From the NCBI RefSeq assembly GCF_000281045.1, contig NW_008246095.1, positions 196,616 through 216,615 of the forward strand: a stretch of DNA of 20,000 bases, written 5' to 3'. Shown here piece after piece: positions 1 to 10,300 of the stretch. Made by a program: the position numbers and the translations under genes. Below the pieces are notes generated by a model. That model was not told where the DNA came from. It saw only the letters and a program-made list of their open reading frames with translations, and searched no databases. This DNA comes from Saprolegnia diclina VS20 (Eukaryota). Numbering within the stretch: the first letter of the stretch is position 1; the number at the start of each line of letters is the position of its first letter.

Positions 1-701
1 AAATGAATGAATCGTTCCGAAATGGCTGCTGCTCTTTCAAGTCTCGCCTGCGCTCGTCCTGTAGGAACGTCGCAGCCATGCTGGCTTGGCCGAACGATTC
101 TTGTGATCGCATCCGACGTCCCATACCTTGCCACGCGACAAGCCCGCAGTACCGTAGCATGTCTGATATCTAGACTGCCCACGCGTTGCAAAGCACAGCC
201 AACGACTACTTGTATTCTTTGGAGGATGGTGTCGATGAATACCGGTACTTGGCATCCGTGAGAAAACGCGCAGAGAAGGCCACGTGTCCTGTGGGATCCC
301 GCTTGAAGATGAGACGAGGTCTCAGCGGTTGCGAGGGGTAGGCCTCCGTACTTCAATTACACGAAAAACATCTTGACAGATACCAATCAATAGTTTGTGC
401 CAATCAATTCACGCGAAATTGATCGAGTGTGAAACGGTCAGCTCCAGTCCAACTCGGCCGTTGCGTCGCCGAGGGTTTCAGCAGACGCAGACGAGCACAC
501 CGCCCTTGTTACCGATACCGTCGGTACGAGGTGGAGAGGTGAGAAAGTGAGAGGGTCGCATGATAAGCCCGACGACTGCATCGCCATGCTGCAACACTGC
601 AAGTTCCACGTTGATTTCAACCCTGATCAAGCATCGCGCATGTCTACAAAAGCTGTTGGCGGGAATCAGCTCTGCGCTCTTCGTATAAAAGGGCGGTCGC
701 G

Positions 702-1094
702 TTGGGTGCGGCGTCGATCACGTACAATGTATACTGGTATTGCTATTATTCCAGCCCTCCAACACCAGAGACGCTGGCGAGGCGTGTGTGCATAACCAGG
801 TTGGACTTCGTCTCTTTTTGCGACGATTGGTTGACCTCGAGAGGTCACATGCGAATGCAACGGGTCGACTTGTGCCTGCTTGATCTTGCCACGAACGAGC
901 GACTTAGAGCCGGGAATGGCGTCACTGCTCGTTGGATAGGCATCTCGGGTGCCGCCGTATTACGCGATGCGTTCGTGTCATCACCACAGCACTACATAGC
1001 GCACCCGGATGCCCGCGACACCCTCCGCAGCGCCAAAGATACGCTTGAAGACATCATATCCAAGCGCGTTGCTTCGATGGCTGCGAACGGTTGA
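702..1094 (+). other. Possible degenerate RNI-like leucine-rich-repeat coding fragment
   Basis: ORF contains ITRLDFVSF and RVDLCLLDLATNE...IGISGAAVLRDAF, resembling the RNI LRR pattern LxxLdLxxNxIgxxGaxxLaxaL. Codon bias is weak and no full gene model could be built. Confidence 0.25.
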
Positions 1095-1356
1095 TGGGGT
1101 GCGTGCTACAGTACACGCTGGGTAGTTGCAGCCATGGTGGTACCCTAGCGTGGCTCGCCTTTGGCTGTTGCAGGATGGGTGGCCGCTGCCACCGTGGTCG
1201 CGTTGATCTGGTCGCGACACGCCGCAGTCGATCGCGGACGGTGCCTGTCGGTGCAGCTCGTCGTTGATGTACTTGATTGCTCTCTGCACCGCTTGCAGTG
1301 CCGAGCGCGTGGCGTCTGAGAGGTTCTAAAATGAGTCACTTTCCAGCCCGCGTACA

Positions 1357-1916
1357 GTGTATGTCGACGACGACGTCTGGGTTCTCGGAACACCGCTTCC
1401 TGTGTTGGTCGCCAACTTCAGGAAAAGCTGCCACGCCAACACAAAGCACGAAGTGTCCATTTATGCCACCGATCCTTGCGTCCGCGGCAGCAACTCGAGT
1501 CTACGCGACGGTCTTGATCACATTGCTGCACGGTCCACACTGTCTCGGCTATGTCGAGGCAACGGCACCTCGGCTCGCAAAGTCTACGTACACAACGTTG
1601 GGACACGTTGCGACGCAGACATTCGACAGCTTGGCCTCGCCACCACGCGATCTGTAACACACGAGCTTGGCCTACACAGCTGGTAGGCGTCGACGGCGGC
1701 CGTATGGTCCAAAGTAGCCCCTTCGTCGTCAACACCCGCTGCAGTAACTCGCCGATAGGACGCGCATGGCGAGAGGTTCAGAGCTCAGTGTCGCAGCGTG
1801 CTGTGTGGCCGTCAAGACAGCATTACGCGTTCGCCCAAGACATGTCTGGCGTACGATTGATTCAACATCTCATCACGCGACTCGTTAAACGCGCCAAACA
1901 CAAACCGACGCCGTAA
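1357..1916 (+). pseudogene. Possible frameshifted or degenerate coding region of unknown function
   Basis: Two overlapping + ORFs (1357-1686, 1551-1916) read like protein and switch frame near 1670-1686. The N-terminus has a DxD-like MYVDDDVWV. No family recognised. Confidence 0.2.
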
Positions 1917-2028
1917 AAGGTCGACCCTGTTACGCTCGTGGACGTGAGTAATTGGGCTAAATCTGTAGCACCAAACCAGAAACAAGGTTGGACAAGTTGC
2001 ATTTCCGATTTCGCCGGTTGCCTCCACA

Positions 2029-2397
2029 ATGCTCATGGAGTCACACGCCGCGATGTACTACCCCAACAGCCCATATTACTACCACAATAGTACGACGATG
2101 GCACCGCCGCCGCCGCGCAAGTCGCCGTACGAGCTCAAGTGCAAGTACGCCTTCAAGAACTGCACCAACGTTCGTAGCCAAAAGCGCACGGGCGGGCTCC
2201 ACACGCTCTGCGAATTCCACCGGCAAAAGGCCAACGAAATTCAAAAGGCATATGCACAAAAGAAGCGACTCAACCCCAAGCCGCCGTCGCCGTCGCAGCC
2301 GACAAGCGTCGAGCCCATCCCGTTCAGCGACGGGCGCACCGACGAGGCGGCTATCGCGTTTGAAGACTGCTTGGACCTGATACGCCTCCTCCGATAG
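2029..2397 (+). CDS. Small oomycete-type C3H zinc-finger-like protein (C-x6-C-x15-C-x2-H plus basic helix), putative nucleic-acid-binding regulator
   Basis: Intronless 122-aa ORF with strong codon bias and the motif CKYAFKNCTNVRSQKRTGGLHTLCEFHRQKANEIQKAYAQKKR. A paralog lies at 15102-15506. Inr-like GCATTTCCGATTTC about 30 nt upstream. Confidence 0.85.
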   Translation: MLMESHAAMYYPNSPYYYHNSTTMAPPPPRKSPYELKCKYAFKNCTNVRSQKRTGGLHTLCEFHRQKANEIQKAYAQKKRLNPKPPSPSQPTSVEPIPFSDGRTDEAAIAFEDCLDLIRLLR

Positions 2398-2674
2398 CCG
2401 ATTCGAGTGGCGCGGCAGCTACTTATATACTACTGTACTACATCCTTTTTCCATGTCATGCACTACTAGTAGTTAATTAGTTTAGCGCGAAATGCGATAT
2501 CGTGCTCGCAACAGTATCGAAACGACGCTTCGATGGACCGCAAAGCATCAACGACTGGCGCATTCGATAGAACCTGCCCACGACAATGCAGTTGTAGCGC
2601 GATTAGCTCAAAACATCTGAGCAGGAAGGCCCAAGGGCACGTGGTTCGTAAGGTGTTAGCGTACGTTATTTTTT

Positions 2675-3647
2675 CTACGGCGTCGCCTTTTGCATGGCAG
2701 CCATCAGCTGCAAGCGCAGCGCACGCGGCGCCACGTCCAAGCACGACTGCTTCTCGTTGTTCAACGCGTTGGGCTTGGCGCCATACTCGAGGAGCAGGCG
2801 CGCCATTGCCTCGTGGCCCTCTAGAATCGCAATGTGCAGCGGTGTGTTGCCTATGTAAATCGTATATGGCTGAGAGCGTATTCACAAAGAATGTGGTACC
2901 GTGGATGTCCTTGGTGTTGAGCTTGGCATTGTGGTCGAGGAATTGGACGACGATATCTACACCCGCCGTCACCACCCGGCCTCCATCGTACGACCCTTAG
3001 TATAGTAGTAGTACCTGGAGCTGGCCGGCCACCCAGAGCGCGCATCAACGGCGTCGAGCCAGACCGGTCCTGTAGCCAGCAAGAGCGAGATCACGTCGGA
3101 TGCACGGCAACATCATGGCGTACCGCCGTGTTGATGTCGTTCGTGACGTCAAGAAGTAACTCTGTCATTTCCGGGCGACCTGGTCGACAGTCCAAGAACA
3201 AACCAAGATTGCACACGGTGTACCTTTGTGGTAATGCAGCGGAATCTGGCCATTCTCGTTGGCAAGGTTCGGATTCGCGCCCCTGACCACAGTATTCTGC
3301 GTCAACCTCGGACGATGCACGGAATGCTTGCGTACTTGGAGAGGAGGAAGCTCACCATCTCGACATGGCCCGCAGACACGGCGCTCATCAAGGGCGTCCA
3401 GCCCGAGTCGTCCTGGTGGTTGATCTTGGACAGACCCACCAAGAGGTCGGCCACGTCCATGTGGCCACCCGCGGCCGCCCAATGGAGCGCCGTCCGCTCG
3501 TCTTCGTCGATCGCATTGGGATCATAGCCACGCGCAAGAAGCTTCTGCACCTCCTGGCCGGCCATCGACCTTATATACAGCGGGACGGTTCAGAGGACGA
3601 CGCACCTCGAGGTTGCCGGCGCGGGCCGCGTGCACAAGCGATGCCAT
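2675..3647 (-). CDS. PSMD10: Gankyrin / 26S proteasome regulatory particle assembly chaperone (PSMD10/Nas6-like), ankyrin-repeat protein of 220 aa
   Basis: Seven exons: 3647-3606, 3553-3336, 3282-3224, 3179-3124, 3069-3015, 2956-2900, 2850-2675, with six GT-AG introns of 44-58 nt. The spliced length of 663 nt is in frame. Protein MASLVHAARAGNLEEVQKLL...DEDERTALHWAAAGGH...QDDSGWTPLMSAVSAGH...NENGQIPLHY...GNTPLHIAILEGHEAMARLLLEYGA...NNEKQSCLDVA is collinear with gankyrin and of similar length. Confidence 0.88.
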
Positions 3648-3660
3648 GGTTGGACTGTTT

Positions 3661-3717
3661 TCCGGATACTGGGTGGTCATCCGGATACGACGCACGGATA
3701 GTGTATCCGGATCCACC
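3661..3717. promoter_or_regulatory. Cluster of TCCGGATAC motifs forming an inverted repeat just upstream of the gankyrin ATG
   Basis: TCCGGATAC at 3661-3669 and 3680-3688, its reverse complement at 3703-3711, and a partial CGGATA at 3695-3700. The repeat is directly visible; a regulatory role is inferred. Confidence 0.5.
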
Positions 3718-4381
3718 GCCTTCTGGTTGTGATTCCGGCATGTCACGACGTTGCCATGTGAGCGCCGATGCACGAGCCTTGTGCCCAATGCTCGTCCTAT
3801 ACGGGCGTGTACCAATATCTATCTATCTATATTGGTATTTGTGAGGTCGGACGGGTACCCGTGATGATGCGTTTGGCTTCCTCGATTTGCGGCCAGCGCG
3901 TCTCTATTCACCGCAGCGCGTGCAAACAGAAGATCAAGATGAGGGTACACAGCAGTGTAGCGTGACAGAACACCGAGCTCCATTGTCCTTTCTAGATATA
4001 CGCGCCGAAATGATCGCAAGGCTTGAAGACTTGGGTGCGGCTCGTCCTCTTGCAGATCGACAAAGATTCTGTTGTCGCGCATATAGCCGGCGCCGCGAGG
4101 AAGAATGCACCCAAGAAGCTCTGGCCCAGTCTCGTAATCGGTTATTCGCTTAGTCTTGGGTGTCAACGCTGACTTGTTCAAGAGCGACGATGCACAATCT
4201 TGGTCGCGTGGCTCATCGCTCTGGAGCTTCAAGCCGTACACCGGGGCACGTCTTTGGACCCAGCAGCCAATCCGCGGCGTTGAACTCGACCAGATTTTCG
4301 ACCAATGGGAGCGCTTCTTTGGGGGGCATCTTTCCTCGGTTGTCTTGCCCAAAGTTGCTTGATTGCGAAGTCGGACCAAGC

Positions 4382-7300
4382 ATGGCGAAGGCAGTGATCT
4401 CGTCGGTAGGACCTCCATGAGGACATGGGACCGACGTCTCATGCGGATGCTGCTGAGGTAGATCCTGCAGTCGCAGCTCGGTAAGTACGTCGATGGGCTT
4501 GCGCCCGAGTCCCTCCAAGTCGGGCTCTGGAGCGGCGAGCTCCTATTGACGAACCTCAAGCTCAAGCCGCTCGCGCTTGCGGAGCTCAACCTCCCGATCA
4601 AGGTGCTGCAGGGGACGATCGCCAAGGTCCACGTCGTCGTGCCATGGAACCAGCTCGGGTCGGCCAGCGTTCAGGTTACGCTCGAGGGCATCTACGGCGT
4701 CGCGATCCCCAACACCGAGGTACAACCCGATACAACCCATCTAGATTCTTCGATGCTCATATGCATGTAGCTCCCATCGCCGGAAGAAGTCTTGCTTGGC
4801 ATACGGAACCGCCTCGAGCGTGGAGAGCTGATGCGGCAGCACACGCTGCAGACGAGCAGCAGCGGTACGTCGTCTGACCCCAAGGAAGACGAGAGCACGT
4901 TCCTAACGCGCCTCACGACCCGGATCATTGACAACCTCCAGATTACGATCAAGGACCTCCATATTCGGTACGAAGATACCGTGTCCAACCCGTCGCTGCC
5001 GTTCACGTGCGGCCTCTTTCTCGAGCGCTTCTCGCTCGAGACGACCGACGCCAACGGGCGCAAGATCTTTGTCGACAACACGGCGGGCGAGAAGAAGGGC
5101 TTGACGCATAAGGTCGCGCAGGTGAAGAACCTCGCGCTCTACTGGGACCGGCTCGACCCCGCCGACTCGATGACGCGCCAGTCGGCGGCGTTCGAAGCTG
5201 CGATGCGCCGCGTCATTTACGCAACGTCAGCCTTTGCCGAGACGGACCGTCACTGGCTGCTCGTGCCGCCCTGTACCGTGCGCGTGCGTCTCACGAAGAA
5301 CGAGAGCCGTATGTACTCGCAGACGTCGCCCAAGTTTGCCGTCCACGCCGAGGCGATTGGTGTTGCGTTTGGCCTGAGCCGAGAGCAGTACGACGACATG
5401 CTCTTCATGCACAAGGCGTTTTTGAGTCGGCGCGCGGTCGAGGCGCACTTTTGGGAGCACCGCCACCGCCCGTTCTTGCCGTTGCGGCAGTACCCGGTCG
5501 TGTGGTGGGACTACGCGACGCGCTTCATCATTGCCACGTCGACCGGAAAAGCTACGTCGCGCTTCCGCTGGTCGGTGGTCAAAAAGATGGCGCGGGACCG
5601 TAAAATGTACGTTGCGCTCTACAAGCAGCAACAGTTGGCCAAGACCCCCGCGCTCTCGCTCGATCAATCGGCGTATGTACAGAGCATGGAGGATGCTTTC
5701 CCCATGGAGCTCGTGCTCCGTCTCCGCGAAGTCGCCGAGGCCCAGTTTGCTGCGCAGAAGAAGGCGACACCGGCCCCCGCTGCGTCGTCTTCGTGGTATG
5801 GCTACTTTTTCGGGGACGCCAGCGCGTCGACAGCAAGCGCCAACGACGTGCTCACGGACGCGGGCAAAGCCGACCTCAAGCGCGCGTATGAAGAGACGGT
5901 GGCGCTGGACGAAGCAGCGCTGCCAGTCGACTGCTTCCTCCTCACGATCGACATCGCGCTGCGCGACGGCCGCGTCGGTTTGTATGGCTACAACAATACA
6001 CCACTGCTCTCGTCGGCCCTCACGGGCTCGATTGGCGTCCAGGTCCAGCCCGACGAATCGTGGACGTCGCAAGTACAGCTCGATCGCCTTGAGATTGCCA
6101 ACCACCGCGTTGACGCTTCGTGTGCGAGCCGAGCATTCTGCACGCTGCGCCAAGGCAGCAGCGATGTGCCGTTTGCGCTGCGTGTCGCGATGCCGACGCC
6201 GACGACGCTTCACGTGCGGCTGAGCGCCGAGCCGCTCCAATTTGTGCTGGACCCTGTCTTTCTCTTGCTTTTGTACGACTTTTTCTGCGGCTCGGTCGCG
6301 CAGCGTCAGCTGAATGACGTCTGGGCGTTCGCAACGAGCTCCGTCCAGTCGTACGTCTTTGCCGAGCAGGAGGAGGCCGATATGCTCGCGGCCATCTCGG
6401 CGGCCGAGACGATGAAGTACGATGTCATTGTGGATATGAAGGCACCGGTGCTGCTGCTCCCGGAAGACGCCACGAGCGATACGTCGGCCGTCGTCGTGCT
6501 CGACTTTGGCCGACTCAAGCTCACGGACGTCGCACCGTCGTCGGCGCACGTGCACACGTGGCAAGTCGAGCTCAACGAGATGCAAGTTCTTTTGCACGGC
6601 GAGAACGGGTTTGCGCCAAACGACCCCGGCGTTGCTTTGGTGCCGCGCTTCAACATGGCGTGTCGGGTCGATAGCATGGTCCGCGAGATGGCCGGCAAGC
6701 CGCTCCTCTCGATGCACGCCTCGCTGCCCGCGATTAACGTGGCCATGTCGGAAGAGTCGCTCGCGCAGCTCGGACGCATGCACGCTGCCATCTACCTGCA
6801 GTGCCAAGCTGTGATGGCACAAACCCGGCCGCCCGACATCGAAGATGACGATGGCGCAGGTGCTGTCGTGGCCGCTCCCGTGCCGCGCAAAACGAGCAGA
6901 GACAGCCATGCGATTGCTCTCACGTGGGACATTGATGCCATTGACATCGCGCTCGCCGACTCGTTCCGCGTCCTGCTCACGGGCACGTCGTTTGGCTACG
7001 ATCTCTACGGGTCCAAGACGTCGGCCGTCGCCAAGTTGCGGGCGTTCTCGGTCGAAGACAAGGCCCACGCACCGTCGTCGCCGTACTATTATCTGGCCAA
7101 GACTCCCGATACGTCGTCGCATTTGATTCACGCGTCATTGGTCTCGAGCCAGAGCCCGGACCGCGCCGCGGATACGGTCATCACAGCCGACTTTCAAGTG
7201 CTCGAGATGCAGTGGAACCCATCATCGATCGTTGTGCTCAACTCGCTCGTCTCCACGTATACGTCGAGCCTCGTTTTGATTGCGCCGCCGCTACCGCACG

Positions 7301-10300
7301 CCACGAGTCTCAGCGCGTCGACACTGGGTGCGTCGATGGCACGGTCGCGGATCCCGTCGCTGCTAGTGACAGCGACCCTCGAACAGTTTAGCGTGTCGCT
7401 CAACAAGGACTCGCGTGACCGGCGACTCGTGACGCTCTCGATGACGAACGCGTCCTTGCACATGACGACGCAGAGTGACGCGTCGTACACGATCGACGGC
7501 ACGCTCGGGAACTTTCTCGTTGAAGACCACAGCGTGCAAAAGCATTCGATGTACAACCCGTTTGTGGGCCTCGACCCGGCCGCGACGACGACACAGCTTC
7601 TTTCGTTTGCATATGTCGTGCCGCCAGCCCCCGCGCTTCCAACGCTCGACGCGTGCCTCGACCATGTGCGCATCGTCTACGTCCATCAGCAAGTGCTCGA
7701 GCTGGTCGATTACCTCTTCCAAGGCGTCCTCGGGTCTCTTGTGAATGCGACGCTCATGAATGCGACGCAGCTATTGCTCAAGGAAGAGCCGTCGGCGCTA
7801 AAGCTGCATGTGAACCTCGTCGAGCCGCGCATTGTGATTCCAATGCATCCAATGGACACCCAGCACTTGCTCCTCGCAGCGACGTCGCTCGAGCTCTCGC
7901 ACGTCCCGGCGTCGACGGTTGTCTACGACGATGGCCGTGTCGTGATTGTTTACGAGGGCGAAGGAATGCCAGCGGATGTCAAGCACGTCGTCTTGGACCA
8001 AGTGATGCTTTTTGCAACGACGAAAACTGCGGGCGAGTACGCGCCCGTGCTTGAGACGCCGCTACAGCTCGATATTGCGATCAAGGACGTCGTGTCGACG
8101 ACGCTCGTCATGAGCGACGGCGTCGTCCTCCCGCGTTTTAGCATCGAGTGCGTCATGCCACGCTTGCACATGCGTCTCTCAAAAGCCGTGTATGTCATGC
8201 TCGTGCGCGTGCTCCAAGAGAACATTGGCGCGGCCACCTTGATTGACGGCGCGACGACGGGCTCTGCGTCCATCTCGGACGTGTACCGCCCCATCGTCGC
8301 CTACGACTATGCGCGCACCGACCTGGAAATGCTGACGATGCGGCTTTCGTTCTCGATGGCGTCGTTTGCATGTGCGCTCGAGGACACGGACTTGCTTTTG
8401 ACGGCGTCCGACCTTGACGTCGGTCTCGTCCTGCTCCAAGATCAGAGCCCGCGCATCGAGGTTGGGCTCGCGACCTTTGGCGCGTCCGAGAAGGCGCGCG
8501 ACTGGTTGTCGTCCAGCGGCCAAACACGCATGCAGTACGCGTGGGACGATGTCAAGCGGTCGTGCAGCCTCGATCTCGACGTATCGAACGTGTCGGGCAC
8601 GGTGGTGCCGAGCGCTCTCTTGACGCTGGTTCAGTTTTTCCATCTGGACGCTGCGATGCTCCAGTCGAATGCGAGCAGTCCCGCGCCGACCGCCGACGCC
8701 GAGTACGAATTCCATGTCCAGCTGCACGCGTCCAAGGTCGGGCTGCACTTTCCGTCCGACTTGGCCGATCATAGTCGTCCGCTTTTGGCGATCGAGTCGG
8801 ACTTTGCCATTGCGTTCGACTCGTACCCGCCCGACCGCAACGAAGCGACGCCCATGGCCGTTGTCATTGAGGCCACGCAGTTTGAGGCCTACCTTCGCAA
8901 CACTAACCGGCAAGGCTGCGCGACCTCGTTCGTGCAGCTCATGGAGCCGACGAATCTCCGCATGAAGTACCAGTTCTTCACGCACGCGCAAGAAAAGATG
9001 GAGGTGTCCATCAGCACGGTCACGGTCTTTGTCTCGTATGAAGACACGCAGCTCTTGTCGACGGTCGTTCGCGCGCTATCGGCGGATGTTGCGATGACGT
9101 CGCACGCGTCGTCACTGCCGTCGATGGAACTCAACTTTGTCAAGGAGACGCAGCGTCACATGACGTGGGACGTCCAGAGCATGCAGCTCACGCTCATCAA
9201 CGACTGCGACGGCTGCGACATGGGTCTCCTTCAGCTGCGACTGCCGACGTGCCGCCTGTTTGTGAACGCGGCGACGACATTCGAGAGCTCGACCGTCACG
9301 GGCGGCGGCGACCTCTCGTTCGAAGCCACGTACTACAACCCGGATTCGCGCACGTGGCAGCCGCTCTGCGCCGAGTGGAAGCTCAACGCGACCGTCATGT
9401 CGACGCTGGGCCACGTCTCGAGCGACGCCAACCTCAACAGCATGCAATGGACTGTCTCGGCCGACCCGCTCAATGTCTCGGTGACGCACGGCTTGCTCGA
9501 GGCTCTGGCGTCTGCGGGCGAAACGTGGGCCAACGGCAAGCACGACCGGTCGCTGCAGGCGCCGTGCACGATCGTCAACGAGTCGGGGCTGCCGCTGCGC
9601 TTTTGGTGGAGTGCCAACGCACACGACGTGCAAGTCGTCGACCACGGCAGTAGCGCTTGCATTCATTACGTGCACGTACAAGGCAACGGGTCGGGCGTCA
9701 CGCGCACGTACACGTCGCAGCAGCGCGAGCAAGGCACCGTGTGCTTGGACCTCGTTGGTCTCGGGTGTCAGCCCGTGCAAGGTTCCCTTCTTGTCACACG
9801 TTCGGCAGCGCCTCATGCTCGCTGTGTGTAGGCATTGTGGCTGAAGAGCTCGGGACGCACGCGCACTCGCTTGTGGAGCTGTCGGGTGGCCTCTCCAACT
9901 TCAAGTACGCGGTCCTATGTGAAAAGATATCTTGACATGTGTGTTTTTGGTAGGGTTACCTGCACGTCGCAGCTCGTGGGGGGTCACATTGTACTCACCA
10001 TCTCTTCGCACGTGCGCATTCACAGCCACGTCTCGGAGAAGGTCCAGCTACTGGTGTACGACCCGAGCTGGAATGCGCCAATGGACATTGGCACGGTCGC
10101 ACCGGGAGACAGCATTGCGCTGCCCGTCATGTACTCGCTTGGGTACTGTTCTCTTGCGCATCCTCGTGCCTTTGCGATGCGTGTGTCTGTGTAGATCGGA
10201 GATTCGCTTGCGCTGCCTCGGCAACGACTGGAGCTTCTCGAGTCCGATTCCACTCGACATGACGAGCGCCAGCCTCACCGTCTCGTGCACGCACCCGACC

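Noticed and set aside
1657..1686. THELGLH as a zinc metalloprotease motif
   Set aside because: Spacing is HExxxH rather than HExxH, it lies three codons from a stop, and there is no supporting context.
3815..3831. (TATC)n microsatellite
   Set aside because: Only about three units; unremarkable.
3819..4625. 268-aa minus-strand ORF
   Set aside because: Overlaps VPS13 exons 1-2 and its promoter in antisense; no motif or codon-bias support.
5227..7131. 634-aa antisense ORF, and other long antisense or alternative-frame ORFs (8179-8991, 9112-9816, 11254-12198) within VPS13
   Set aside because: Shadow ORFs caused by strong C/G third-position bias; Arg/His-rich with no recognisable motifs.
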